This document shows, in pieces, positions 39,677 to 49,973 of a DNA stretch of 64,000 nt. Numbering within the stretch: the first letter of the stretch is position 1; every line of letters starts with the position of its first letter. The DNA is taken from positions 1,056,001 to 1,120,000 of the forward strand of contig CAVVPN010000011.1 in NCBI GenBank assembly GCA_963750165.1, read 5' to 3'. The notes under the pieces were generated by a model. That model was given only the letters and a program-made list of their open reading frames with translations, did no database searches and had not been told where the DNA came from. The stretch comes from an uncultured Gemmataceae bacterium (GTDB lineage Bacteria > Planctomycetota > Planctomycetia > Gemmatales > Gemmataceae). The position numbers and the translations under genes are program-made.

Positions 39677-42600
39677 TCACTCCAGCCGCAGTTCCTTGGC
39701 CACTTCCCCAAGAATCTCGTTCAGCCTTGTCACTATTTCAGACGGAAGCGGCTTCACCCCGCCCACCTCGATGCGGAATCGCATCCGCACTTCATGGCCG
39801 ACGGCGACCCTGGCTAATTCGCCCACTTGATCGGCCAGGTCCTGCACCTGGGCCGCCTTGAGGTCAGCCTCCGCTGCCACTACGCCCGGCCTCTTCTCTA
39901 CCACCGGCGGCGCCACGACGATCGGCGGCTGGATCACGGGCGGCGGCTTGCCAGGCAGGGAAAGCCGCACGCCGGACGCCCCCGCGAACTCGCACGGCCA
40001 GGGGCCGCTGTCCACCGCCCACTCCAGCACCCTGGCCCGCAGGGCCGAGTCGATGGCCGTGCGGACGGACGGCCAGGGCAGCGTGCCGCCCGCCTTCCGC
40101 GACAGGGCGTCAGCCACGGCCGCCGCGGTCGTCGCCCCGTCCCGCCATGCTTCCGCCAGCTGGTCAGGCAGAATGCCGGCCACGGGGATCGCGGTCGGCG
40201 GCTGACGCAGGCGCGCGTCCTCGGCAATCACGCCGGGGGGCACGGCCTCGCTCCACAGACTGGCCTGGCCCGCGACCAGCCAGAGGTGTCCGGTTTGCAC
40301 CGCCTCCCCGACCGCCTTCTCGACGACCACGCGGTCTGCCTTGGGGATGGTCATCGGCTCGTCATAGCCCTCGCGGGGAATCTGGGCGACGTGGTCGCCG
40401 GCGAAGTAGGCGAACAGGGCACCGACGGCCAACTCGTCCCCGGCCCACAGGCCCGGCAATGCCTGCGGCAGCAGCAGTGACGCCGGCAGGGCGGCCAGCT
40501 CAGCGGCCTCCGCCAGCACCACCTCCAGGCCGGGGTCACGCAAGGCCGCTTCGTCAGGTTCCTGCCGCCAAAAGGTGCAGGCCGTGCGGTCGGGAGCCAG
40601 GCAGCGCAGCACGAAGAAGCCCTCCCTCGCTCCCTGGACCAAGGTGTCGAGAATCTCCTTCCGCCGCAGCATCTTTGGCAGGTGCGGGAACTGGGCGAAC
40701 GCCCCCACGAGGTCTTTGACCCGGCGGCTCGTCTCGCCGGCCCGCCACAGGTTGAACGGCCCCTCGGGGAGCAGGGCGTCGGCACTGACTGCCGTGTCCT
40801 GAATCCGCGACCGCGTGTCCGCCTTGATCTGCCCGAACAGCGGCTCGGCCGGGCTCACCGTCAGCTTGAACGCCTGGGCCTCGTTCTTCTCCGACACCAC
40901 CACCACGACGCCGAACATCAGCAGCACCGACTCGGGCACCTTCTTCCTGGTCGAGTCCAGGCTGGTGGCCAGCGTGCCTGCCCTCAGCGGGTCGAGGTCT
41001 TGGCCCTTGAGCTGGTGCTGAACCTCCTCCCAGCCCAGGTAGTCGCGGATGCGGCCGCGGGCCACCTCCAGCCCCTCGCGCGACGGCACCACCAGCACCA
41101 CCGCGTTGCGGTAGACCCGTGGCCGGTCGGCCGCCGTCGTCTCGTCGAGGAACCGCCTGGCCTCCGCACCTGGGCTCCCCGAGGCGGACACGGCCTTCGG
41201 CCCCAGCACGGCGAAGTGGAAGTCGCCGTCGTCCTCGATGTCCTTGGGCCGCTCGGGCAGGACGTGGACCTTCGCACCCGCTTCCTTGGCCCCGGCCGTC
41301 AGGCTCTTCAGCTTCTGTACCTCGGCCAGCAGCTTGGCCTCGATCAGGTCGGGCGAGACCCGCGTGCAGGCGTCGTGGTGCATCTGCGTCAGGTTCGGCC
41401 GCGAGCCCAGCCGCCAGACCTTGGGCAGCGGCTTTGGCCCGCCTGCGGCCTCCGCGGCCGCCAGCTCCGCGTCGTCGAGGAACCACGACACGCCGGCCCA
41501 GCGGGCCAGTTCCTTCTCCAACTCGATGCGGTCAGGCCGCGTCGGCCCGACGACCAACTGCAGGTCGCGGAGCGACGCCTTCTGGCCGATGGGCTGGCTG
41601 TGCAGGAAGGTGGCAAAGACGGCCTGCTCCAGTTCGCGGTAGTGCAGGCCGGGGGATTCGTATTGTAGCTCGCGGGCCTTGGTCAGCTCGCCTTCCAGGA
41701 TCTGCGTCCACTGTTGCTGCTTGCCCTCGTACTCCTCGGTCGCGGCCACGTTAGCCAGTTCGCGGGCCGCCTCCGACAGCCCCTCTCGCTTCGGCTCGCC
41801 CAGGAACAGGTTGGCGGAGAGCAGCGGGCAGGCGTCCCACCGCTCGGCGTCCCGCAGGCCCAGGGCGAAGGTGCGGAGGATGCCGCGAGTCCTCTGGAAG
41901 CCTTCCAGCTGCGTCCACTTCGTGTAGAAGACCTCGGTCAGGTCGGGGTGGAACGGGTAGCTGGCCAGGAAGCGGTTCTCGGCCGCCTTACCCTCGCGGC
42001 GGGTCTGCTCGTCCAGGTCGGTGATGCCTTTCAGGGCCGCGACGACGTGCGGCCGAAACGCCTCCCGGTCGCGGATCGAGTCGGGCGTGAAGAACCGCCG
42101 TCTGAGCACCTCGGCCACGTCCTCCTTCAGCACCGGCTGCACGCCCTCCTCACGCTCGCGGCGGAAGATGGCGTACAACTCGCCGGTCAGCTCCTTTCCC
42201 AGCGTGTCGCTCTTGTGCGGGTCGGTCGCCAGCAATGAGGCGACGATGGCACAGCTATCGACCTTGGTGGCCGCCTGTGTCAGATACTGGAAGAAGTTGA
42301 TCAGGCGGCCTCGCCAGACGGGGTCGAGGCCGACCTTCTCGCGGACGTACATCAAGGTCTCGTCGATGAGTAGCAGCGTGGCCAGTCCCTGGCGGGCGGG
42401 CCGGGCCAGCAGATCGACGAGCAGCGGTTCGGCGGGGGCGGAGTCGCGTTCGGCGTCCTGTCCCTCGGGGTGCAGGTGTCGCAGCCCCTCGACGCCGGCC
42501 AGCTGGAAGGCCAGTACGCTCCACGGATTCTTGAGCCATCGCGGATCGCCGGCCGGCCCCCTCACCTCCATGCCCTTCTCGGCGTCCAGCTTGTCGAACG

Positions 42601-43006
42601 GCAGCACGGCTACCAGGGTGCGTGGCGGTGTGCGACCGATGTGCTGCAAGAACTCCTGCACTGCCGGCAAGTCGGGCAGGTTCGCGGGGTCGCGGACGAG
42701 GTGGTACAGCGCGATCAGCGTGTGGGTCTTGCCCCCGCCGTAGGTCAGCTCCAGCTGGCGGATGGCCTTGTCGTTCTTGCCGGCCAGGCGGCTGACCACG
42801 TCCTTTGCCAGCTCCCGCAGGTTAAACGTCGGGTAGGTCAGGGCGAAGAACTCTTTCGGGTCGGCGTAGACCTTGCGGGCCTTGCCCATGACCACGTCGT
42901 AAAGGTCGGCGGCGAAAACTGCCAACGACATCTCGCCCGACCGCAGGTCGTCGCGTAGCTGGACCACTTTGTGCCAGGGCTTCCAGGGGGGCTTGCTCAT
43001 GTCCAT
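39677..43006 (-). CDS. DUF499 AAA-like ATPase
   Basis: FAADL, FF..TYPT, YGGGKTHTLIALYH (Walker A), LLLIDE (Walker B), YPFHP, FQRTRG.LR. Confidence 0.88.
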   Translation of the reverse strand: MDMSKPPWKPWHKVVQLRDDLRSGEMSLAVFAADLYDVVMGKARKVYADPKEFFALTYPTFNLRELAKDVVSRLAGKNDKAIRQLELTYGGGKTHTLIALYHLVRDPANLPDLPAVQEFLQHIGRTPPRTLVAVLPFDKLDAEKGMEVRGPAGDPRWLKNPWSVLAFQLAGVEGLRHLHPEGQDAERDSAPAEPLLVDLLARPARQGLATLLLIDETLMYVREKVGLDPVWRGRLINFFQYLTQAATKVDSCAIVASLLATDPHKSDTLGKELTGELYAIFRREREEGVQPVLKEDVAEVLRRRFFTPDSIRDREAFRPHVVAALKGITDLDEQTRREGKAAENRFLASYPFHPDLTEVFYTKWTQLEGFQRTRGILRTFALGLRDAERWDACPLLSANLFLGEPKREGLSEAARELANVAATEEYEGKQQQWTQILEGELTKARELQYESPGLHYRELEQAVFATFLHSQPIGQKASLRDLQLVVGPTRPDRIELEKELARWAGVSWFLDDAELAAAEAAGGPKPLPKVWRLGSRPNLTQMHHDACTRVSPDLIEAKLLAEVQKLKSLTAGAKEAGAKVHVLPERPKDIEDDGDFHFAVLGPKAVSASGSPGAEARRFLDETTAADRPRVYRNAVVLVVPSREGLEVARGRIRDYLGWEEVQHQLKGQDLDPLRAGTLATSLDSTRKKVPESVLLMFGVVVVVSEKNEAQAFKLTVSPAEPLFGQIKADTRSRIQDTAVSADALLPEGPFNLWRAGETSRRVKDLVGAFAQFPHLPKMLRRKEILDTLVQGAREGFFVLRCLAPDRTACTFWRQEPDEAALRDPGLEVVLAEAAELAALPASLLLPQALPGLWAGDELAVGALFAYFAGDHVAQIPREGYDEPMTIPKADRVVVEKAVGEAVQTGHLWLVAGQASLWSEAVPPGVIAEDARLRQPPTAIPVAGILPDQLAEAWRDGATTAAAVADALSRKAGGTLPWPSVRTAIDSALRARVLEWAVDSGPWPCEFAGASGVRLSLPGKPPPVIQPPIVVAPPVVEKRPGVVAAEADLKAAQVQDLADQVGELARVAVGHEVRMRFRIEVGGVKPLPSEIVTRLNEILGEVAKELRLE

Positions 43007-43041
43007 CTCCAGGAGCCGGCTGCCGGCCCTTGCTGATCTTG

Positions 43042-46000
43042 CTACTCGGGTGAGGGGACGTTTTCCTCGGGCGGTGCGAACAACTCACCGTCGAACAGGC
43101 CGGGCTGGGCCGGCTTGTCCACGCCTCGGGCCGCGACGTGGTTACTCACGCACTCCAGCAGCGACCGCTCCTCGCCGCCCCGCTCGGACAATTCGATGAG
43201 GGCTTGCAGGAGTTGGTGGAACAGGGCGTTTCGCCGCAGGCCACGGTCGTTGAGGTACTCGTCCACCTTCACGACCTCGCCGGCTTTCCACAGGTGCAGC
43301 AGGCGGTGGACCTGGTCAATGAGCGGGGCCGGTCGGCCCTCCGCATCGAAGCCCATCGTCTTGCGTTTCCGCTGCGACCAGGGCTTCAGCTTCACCTTCG
43401 AGCCCGAGCCGCCGCCCTCGTCGGCGTCGGCCTCCTCGTCATTTTCATCCTCCTCGTCGTCGGCTGCCGCCTTGCCGCCAGTGCGGAGGAGTAGATCGTG
43501 GCGGTCTACCAGGGCGGAATCGGACAGCCCGCAGGAGACGGCGTAGAGGATGCAGGCACCCGCCGGGGCGTCGCCCACGCCGAAGTCGTGGCGATGCAGC
43601 AGGTAGTAGGTCGTGATGTCGTCCAGCCCCTCAATGCGGGAGCCGTCGCCGTTGCCGGTCAGCACGCGGCCGACGACGAAGTCCACGACCAGGCGACGGA
43701 CGGCCCGCAGGAACTCGGAGACGGACATGGTCTCGCCAGGGGCGGTGGCCTTTTTGACGACGGGGTGCTTGCTGTACGCCTCCAGGGCGGGACCGGTGGC
43801 AGCCCAGACGAAGTCCGGGCCACGGATGCCCGCATCCCAGTAGTTCCGCAGTTTGGGGAGGTGGACCCACTCTTCAGATTCGTCGCCACATCGACCGTGA
43901 AGCCGGTCCCGCATCTCCTCCAGCACGCGGTTGTCCCAGCCGGGCCGGGCCGCCGCAGGCCGCTTCTTGCAGACCAGCCAGACCGAAGACGACAGGGCTG
44001 CGGACGACAGGGAGCGGACGCGGGCTGATCGCTCGGTCTGGATCGGCCAGCTACCGTCCACGACAAAGCCTGCCCGGATGATCGCCGACACAAGCGTCTC
44101 CCAGGCATCGGGGTGCTTGTGGGCAAAGACGACGACAAGACGACCGTCGGGTGCGAGAGCCCGCTGGCATGCCTGGAAGGCGTGGAACATGCCCTCCTCG
44201 TAGACACTTTTCGAGACCTTTGCATCGCCGCCATGCCGGCTGGCGTCGTCGATCAACTCACCGTCGTTCCGGGCCGCGTCCCACTTTGGCCCGAGAGGCG
44301 TCTGGAATGACTCGTCCAGTGCCGGAGCGAGCCCGTGCAGGGTGCGACGCAGCCAGAGGTAGAAGAAGTCCATCAGGTCGGAGTACGGGATGGCGTCGTA
44401 ATAGGGCGGGTCCGTCAAAATCAGGTCGTGCAGTGTCTCCGTGGACGCGATCTTGGCACTTTGGCGAACGACGTGCGGGGCAGGGGCATGTCGGCTCGCC
44501 GCAGAGAAGTGTTCCACCGCCAGACAGACCCACTCGACGGCACTGGAGTAGCCGCCGCTCGTGTCGCCGAGCGGGTTGACCTCGGCGAAGTCCCACACGA
44601 TGGGCAGGGCGAAGCGGGCGAAGGTGCCCTCGATGTTCTCCCCGTTCATGTTCCAGCGGGCGAGGTTGCTGGACTGATTGGCCAGCCGGTCCAGCATCAT
44701 CGCGAGGTAGCAACCGACGACCTCGATCCACTCAGGCGGGTATCCTGCGGCTTGCATGGCCTCGCGAGCCGCCCGGGTGTGTCTGGCGAAGGTGCCGAGG
44801 GCGAACAACTGCGACGGAGTGAAGAGGTCACGCCACCGGGTGAGCCCGTAGGTGTAGACAGTGAAGGGGGAGCCGCCACCCGTCCGGCTTCCCCCTTGCG
44901 GGATAGGCTCATTGAGAGTGCCGAACGGGATTCCCGCGAACAACTCGGGCAGTTCCTTGGCAGCCTGCTCGGACCGCACCCTCTCTGCCTCGCTCGGTGG
45001 CCTGTATTCCTTCCCATCCTTGCCGTCAACGACCACCGCGGTGAGCACACTCCCCAACCGCCCCGCCTGGCCTTCCAGGCGGATGTCCTCGCCCGTAATG
45101 ATGGTCCGGCAGCACGGGCAACTCGCCCCCGACCGCGACATCGTCCCGCCCGCGACCTGGCGGTCGTTCTCCCTCCTCTGGGCCGCATTGCCGCCGACCA
45201 CCGGGACTTCGTTCTCGATGCCGAACACTACCCCAGTCCTGTCGGCGTTGGGCTTCATGGTCAAGACGACCCGCTTCCTGTCCTTCTTGCACAGCCACCG
45301 GGTCTTGAGCAGAGGAACGGTGGCCCGGCAGTTCTTGCACGCCACCGTCCTTGCCCACAGGTACGCGACCACGGGCTTGTCGTCCACGACGGGGTAGCAG
45401 CGGGTCAAGTCCGATTGGGCCTTCTGCGAAACCCACCAGCCCCAGGCCCGGACGTGCCAGGCCAGGTCCACGTCCGGGGGCGGGAAAAGCCCTTGCTGCA
45501 CGGACTCCAGGCTCTTCTCCATTTGCCGCTTGGCCTTGACGCCGGTGCCCTTGAAGAAACCCTCCATGAACTCCCGCGACTCCAGGGCGAACTTCGGCAA
45601 CGGCCGCACCTGCCCGGCAAGTTTCTGTGGATACTCCAGGGTGCATTTCAGGATGAACCAGGCCACGGGGTTGATGTCCATCGCTGTGGCCTCACAGCCC
45701 AGCCGCATGGCCTCCAGGGGAATGGCCCCGCCGCCGGCGAAGGGGTCGAGGACGCGAGGAGCCCGGCCGCCATACGCCTTGCGGATTTCTTCACGGAACC
45801 ACGCCATGTCCGCCCCGTCCTCGCGGCCCCAGTGCAGGATGCCGCCCTTCGTCTCCTCCTTGACGACCTCGACGGTGCGGTTGCCCTGCTCCTTCTTCTC
45901 GACCGTGCGGACGATCTTGCCCCCGATCATCTCCAGCAGCCGCTGACGCTCCTCGTCGTTGCCGGGATCGGGCAGCAAGGTGGCGATCAGGGCGGCCCGA

Positions 46001-46143
46001 CAGGCCGCCAGCGGTCGGCGGGCCGGCCAGATGTGCAGCGTCGAAATGTGCCCGTGGCGAACGTTCTTCTCGTGGACGGAGTCCAGCGACGCCTGCTTCA
46101 GCGGGAAAGCCATCTCGATGAGGCGGGGACGGTCAATCGTCAT
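43042..46143 (-). CDS. DUF1156 DNA adenine methyltransferase
   Basis: LH.WPARRPLAACRA, DPFAGGG (motif I), Zn ribbon CKNC/CPCC, TDPPYYD (motif IV). ATGA overlap with the helicase gene. Confidence 0.9.
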   Translation of the reverse strand: MTIDRPRLIEMAFPLKQASLDSVHEKNVRHGHISTLHIWPARRPLAACRAALIATLLPDPGNDEERQRLLEMIGGKIVRTVEKKEQGNRTVEVVKEETKGGILHWGREDGADMAWFREEIRKAYGGRAPRVLDPFAGGGAIPLEAMRLGCEATAMDINPVAWFILKCTLEYPQKLAGQVRPLPKFALESREFMEGFFKGTGVKAKRQMEKSLESVQQGLFPPPDVDLAWHVRAWGWWVSQKAQSDLTRCYPVVDDKPVVAYLWARTVACKNCRATVPLLKTRWLCKKDRKRVVLTMKPNADRTGVVFGIENEVPVVGGNAAQRRENDRQVAGGTMSRSGASCPCCRTIITGEDIRLEGQAGRLGSVLTAVVVDGKDGKEYRPPSEAERVRSEQAAKELPELFAGIPFGTLNEPIPQGGSRTGGGSPFTVYTYGLTRWRDLFTPSQLFALGTFARHTRAAREAMQAAGYPPEWIEVVGCYLAMMLDRLANQSSNLARWNMNGENIEGTFARFALPIVWDFAEVNPLGDTSGGYSSAVEWVCLAVEHFSAASRHAPAPHVVRQSAKIASTETLHDLILTDPPYYDAIPYSDLMDFFYLWLRRTLHGLAPALDESFQTPLGPKWDAARNDGELIDDASRHGGDAKVSKSVYEEGMFHAFQACQRALAPDGRLVVVFAHKHPDAWETLVSAIIRAGFVVDGSWPIQTERSARVRSLSSAALSSSVWLVCKKRPAAARPGWDNRVLEEMRDRLHGRCGDESEEWVHLPKLRNYWDAGIRGPDFVWAATGPALEAYSKHPVVKKATAPGETMSVSEFLRAVRRLVVDFVVGRVLTGNGDGSRIEGLDDITTYYLLHRHDFGVGDAPAGACILYAVSCGLSDSALVDRHDLLLRTGGKAAADDEEDENDEEADADEGGGSGSKVKLKPWSQRKRKTMGFDAEGRPAPLIDQVHRLLHLWKAGEVVKVDEYLNDRGLRRNALFHQLLQALIELSERGGEERSLLECVSNHVAARGVDKPAQPGLFDGELFAPPEENVPSPE

Positions 46144-49100
46144 GCACTCTCTCCTTCCGCTGCCTTTACGATCTCGGCCCGGCCGATGACCACGCTGCCC
46201 TTGGCCTTCACGATCAGTTTGCCGAACGGATCCTGCACACGCAACAGCCGTGGGCTGGACGTGGCACAGTCGTAGACGACATAGAGCCAGTAGCGGTCGC
46301 GGTGGTTGCACGCCTGAACCCATTCGTTCTCCGTCAGTTCCACGTCGCCCTCGCCGCCCCGGCCCTTGACCTCGATGGCCCGCTTGCCCTCCGCCGGCCG
46401 CATCGACAGCAGGTCGAAGCCAGGGTTCGGCACCAGGCCCGCCAGCACCGCCCGGTCCGGCGTCGATACGTCCTGCACGGTGGCCCCGGCGGCGGCCTCG
46501 AAGGCCCAGGCGACCTGCACCGCCCTGGCCTCTACCTCGGCGTCGTGCCGTCGGCGGTCCTCGGAATCGGCGGTCGGCACCACGAGGGCGTGGGCCAGGA
46601 ACGTCACCTCGCCCGGCACGATCAGCTCGGGCTCCCGCCGCAGTACCGCCAGGGCTGCCTCCTTGCGGTCGGCAAGGGTCCGCTGCCGGTCGCGGATTCG
46701 CGTCACGTCGCCCCTGGCCCTGGAGTCGCCGGCCCTGGCCCTGTCGGTCAGCCGCGAGCGGGCGGTCGCCAGTTCGGCGTCCTGGTAGTCGAAGCCGCGG
46801 GAGACGAAATCCAGCCGCTCGGCCAGCGTCGCCAGCAACGCCTGCCGCCGCTCCGCCGCCATACCGGCCGCCACCACGCTGGCGGCGAATTCCCCGGCCT
46901 GGCCCCGCGACGGGGCTGCCTGCCCCGCCAGCGCGAATGCCTCCGCAGGCATCCCGGCCCCGCCCCGCAGCAGCAGGAGTTGCTCCACGGGGCACGGCTC
47001 GACAGGGCCACCCGCCTCCTGTCGCAGCCCGACCAGCCGGCAGTCCACCAGTTCCTCGCGGGCGAGTGCCGGCACCTGCGGATCGGCCTCCCGCACCACG
47101 GCCACCAACGCCAGGTGGAACAAGTAGGGCTTCGTGGCGTAGGGATCGACGAACACGCCGCCCCGCAGGGCCGCGTCGCGGAACTTCTCGCACACGAAGG
47201 CCCGCAGCCGATCGAAAAACGGCTCGCCGGGGTGCAGGAACACGCACGACTCGGTGTCGGCGGGCTTGGCCAGCGTCAGCCGCTGCCGCCTGGCGACCTC
47301 GTAGGTCTCCAGGGTCGGTCGCAGCGGGTCGAGGGCGTGGGGCGTCTTCTCCTTGATGGCGAAGAAGCCGTCCGGGTCGCCGTCCAGAGCCAGGCCCAGG
47401 AGCGGGGCGGACTGCACCACGAAGCGGCGGACGTAGCCGGGCAGCAGCTTACGCCAGCGTTCCCGCTCAAGCTGGGCCTCCTGCTCGGGCAGCTGGGACT
47501 TCACGTCGCCGCCGTCGCCGTAGAGCCGCTTCTCCCGCTCTTCCAGGGCCGCGACCTGCTCCTTCGTCAGGGTGCCTTCGATCCGCCGGTTGACGGCCTC
47601 GGCCCCCTCGTCGGTCAACGCCTGCTCCAGGTACTCCCGCAGCGAGACGCCCTCGAACAGCCGGCCAACCACGTCGAAGACCTTGTCCGAGTTCAGTTCG
47701 CGGCGGATTCGCTCCAGTTTGTCCAGCAGCGTCCGCAGCACCCGGCCCTCGCGGGTCTTGCCGGCCACGACGTTCAGGATGATCACCGGGTCGTGCTGCT
47801 GCTTGTAGCGGTGGATGCGGCCCATGCGTTGTTCTAGCCGGGCCGGGTTCCAGGGCACGTCGTAGTTGACCATCAACCAGCAGAACTGCAGGTTGATGCC
47901 CTCGCCGGCCGCGTCCGTGGCTACAAGGTACTTGGCCCCGCCGTCGGCCAGCGGCTTGCGGAAGAAGGAGACCTGCTCCTGCCGCTGCTTGTAGTCCATG
48001 CCGCCGTGGAGGCAGGCGATCTGGCCCGCGAAGCCGATGCCCTCCAGCCGCTTCACCAGGAACTCCAGGGTGTCGCGGTGCTCCGTGAAGACCAGCATCT
48101 TCTCGCCCTGGAACTGGTCGTCCTTCAGCACCTCGCGGAGCTTGTCGAACTTGGACTCGTCGCCGCGGTCGTGGACCTTGCGGGCCAGCCCCAGCAGTTC
48201 CTGCACACGCAGCCGCTCTGTTTTCAGGTCGGCCAGGGACACGGCGACGACACCGCCCAGCAGGTCGTCCTCGCGGACCTCGTTCTCCTCCCTGCCGTCC
48301 TGCGGCGTCTCCTCGTCGCCGGTCTTGGTGTCCAGCACGTCGTCGGCCTGGTCGAGCTTCCGCTGCCGGGCGGCCAGGTCGTCGGGCGTCAGTTCGCCGG
48401 ACTGGATGGCGTTGATGAGGTCGTCGAGGCGACCCAACCGCCGCTCGAAGGACCGCAGCAGGGCGAATGTCGAGCTGGCCAGCCGCCGCTGGAAGACGCT
48501 CATGGCCAGGCGGGCGGCCGAGCGGTTGAGGATGCGCGCCCGGTTGTAGAAGGTCTGGATGTAGTCGGTGGTCTGGTCGTAAAGCGTCTGCTCGCTGACC
48601 GGCCCCTGCGTCAGGTCGTAACTGAGCGTGTCGGACAGACGCCGGGGGTAAATGCGGCTGCCGTCGAAGCGAACCATCTCCTCCTTAGTGCGGCGGATGA
48701 AGTGCCGGCAGCGGGCGTCGGCCGGGTAGGCGTGGAAGGCGTCCACGGTGGCCAACGCCTCAGGCTCCAGCAGCCGCCACAGGGCGTAGTAGGGGAAGTC
48801 CTTGCCCATGTGCGGCGTGGCCGACAGCAGCAGGACGTGGTGGCCCGACCAGCCCAGCGACCAGCGTTCGTCGTCGGTGGGCACCCCGGTCAGGGCCTCC
48901 GCCAGCCGGTAGCGTTCCGTCCTGCGGATGGTGAAGTCGGGCTGTCGGTCGGCGGCCAACTTGTGGCACTCGTCGAAGATGACGAGGTCGTAGGGCTCGA
49001 CGCCCGGCTCCTGGAGCCGCTTGAACATCCGCTCGCCGGAGAGGGTGTCCACACTGACGATGAGGTGGTCGCAGCGAGCGCCGACGAAGGGGTTGCCCGC

Positions 49101-49487
49101 ACGGGCCTCGCCGCCCCCCACAATGCGGAAGGCCAGCCCAAACAGGTTGCCCAGTTCGCTTTCCCAGTTGCCGACCAGACCGGCCGGCGGGACGACCAGG
49201 ACGCGGCGGATGAGCCGGCGGGCGAGCATCTCGCGGATGTAGAGGCCGGCCATGATGGTCTTTCCAGCGCCGGCGTCGTCGGCCAACAGGAACCGCAGTC
49301 GCGTCTGGGGTAGGAGATGTTGATAGACGGCGATCCGCTGGTGCGGCAGCGGGTCGATCAGGGCTGTCTCGACGGCGAAGGCGGGGTTGAAGAGATGGCC
49401 GAACGCGAGCCGGTCTCCTTCGGCGACGACGCGGACGACCTCGGCGTCGGTCGCGAAGTCAATGGGGGTGGGCGAGGTCTGGTTCAC
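46140..49487 (-). CDS. SNF2-family helicase with C-terminal DUF3883 nuclease-like domain
   Basis: LLADDAGAGKT, DECH, SATPH, GEGINLQ, LEQRMGRIHR; C-terminal GFDLLS...IEVKG...LTENEW. Confidence 0.92.
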   Translation of the reverse strand: MNQTSPTPIDFATDAEVVRVVAEGDRLAFGHLFNPAFAVETALIDPLPHQRIAVYQHLLPQTRLRFLLADDAGAGKTIMAGLYIREMLARRLIRRVLVVPPAGLVGNWESELGNLFGLAFRIVGGGEARAGNPFVGARCDHLIVSVDTLSGERMFKRLQEPGVEPYDLVIFDECHKLAADRQPDFTIRRTERYRLAEALTGVPTDDERWSLGWSGHHVLLLSATPHMGKDFPYYALWRLLEPEALATVDAFHAYPADARCRHFIRRTKEEMVRFDGSRIYPRRLSDTLSYDLTQGPVSEQTLYDQTTDYIQTFYNRARILNRSAARLAMSVFQRRLASSTFALLRSFERRLGRLDDLINAIQSGELTPDDLAARQRKLDQADDVLDTKTGDEETPQDGREENEVREDDLLGGVVAVSLADLKTERLRVQELLGLARKVHDRGDESKFDKLREVLKDDQFQGEKMLVFTEHRDTLEFLVKRLEGIGFAGQIACLHGGMDYKQRQEQVSFFRKPLADGGAKYLVATDAAGEGINLQFCWLMVNYDVPWNPARLEQRMGRIHRYKQQHDPVIILNVVAGKTREGRVLRTLLDKLERIRRELNSDKVFDVVGRLFEGVSLREYLEQALTDEGAEAVNRRIEGTLTKEQVAALEEREKRLYGDGGDVKSQLPEQEAQLERERWRKLLPGYVRRFVVQSAPLLGLALDGDPDGFFAIKEKTPHALDPLRPTLETYEVARRQRLTLAKPADTESCVFLHPGEPFFDRLRAFVCEKFRDAALRGGVFVDPYATKPYLFHLALVAVVREADPQVPALAREELVDCRLVGLRQEAGGPVEPCPVEQLLLLRGGAGMPAEAFALAGQAAPSRGQAGEFAASVVAAGMAAERRQALLATLAERLDFVSRGFDYQDAELATARSRLTDRARAGDSRARGDVTRIRDRQRTLADRKEAALAVLRREPELIVPGEVTFLAHALVVPTADSEDRRRHDAEVEARAVQVAWAFEAAAGATVQDVSTPDRAVLAGLVPNPGFDLLSMRPAEGKRAIEVKGRGGEGDVELTENEWVQACNHRDRYWLYVVYDCATSSPRLLRVQDPFGKLIVKAKGSVVIGRAEIVKAAEGESA

Positions 49488-49660
49488 GTTGGTGTCCTGG
49501 TCTGCCCGTTGTCAACCGGGCCCCTCGTCCCCTGGTGGTGAGGGTCGTACTTATAAATCCCCTGAGGTAAGATGAGTTATACCCGGCACTCAGGCTCAAC
49601 GGTAGCCCCGCAGAATGATTTCCCGGCCTTGCCGGTGTCGGGACCGGGGCCGTTGAAACC

Positions 49661-49790
49661 GACGACCTGACGCAAGCCGTGCTGGCGAAGGGGTTCCGCG
49701 GCGAACTGGTGCCGACCGAGGTGGACCTGGCCCGCGCCGAGGGCCGCGCCTGCAGGACCGGCCGCCGTCCAGCAGGACCGCATCCGGGCG
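49661..49790 (+). pseudogene. Relic C-terminus of a type I R-M specificity subunit (HsdS-like)
   Basis: DDLTQAVLAKGFRGELVPTEVDLARAEGRA, then frameshifted PAAVQQDRIRA. Matches the L.QA.LAKAFRGELVP...EPA..LL.RI motif. Confidence 0.65.
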
Positions 49791-49973
49791 GTGTGCCCCT
49801 GCAACGCACCTTGCGGCTCAGCGTCGCCGGGTCGAGAATATAAAGAAGGGTGAAGCGGACGTTTGGGGCACTGGCCAAGGCCGGCGCCACCCCCAAAGAG
49901 GCGGTCGCCCACCTGACGCACGAACTGGTGGCCCGCGACCCCGACTTCGCCACCCTCATCCTGGGAGACGCCG

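Noticed and set aside
46144..47247. N-terminal 368-aa extension of the DUF1156 ORF
   Set aside because: It overlaps the SNF2 gene in another frame and is low-complexity. The real start is the ATGA-coupled ATG at 46143.
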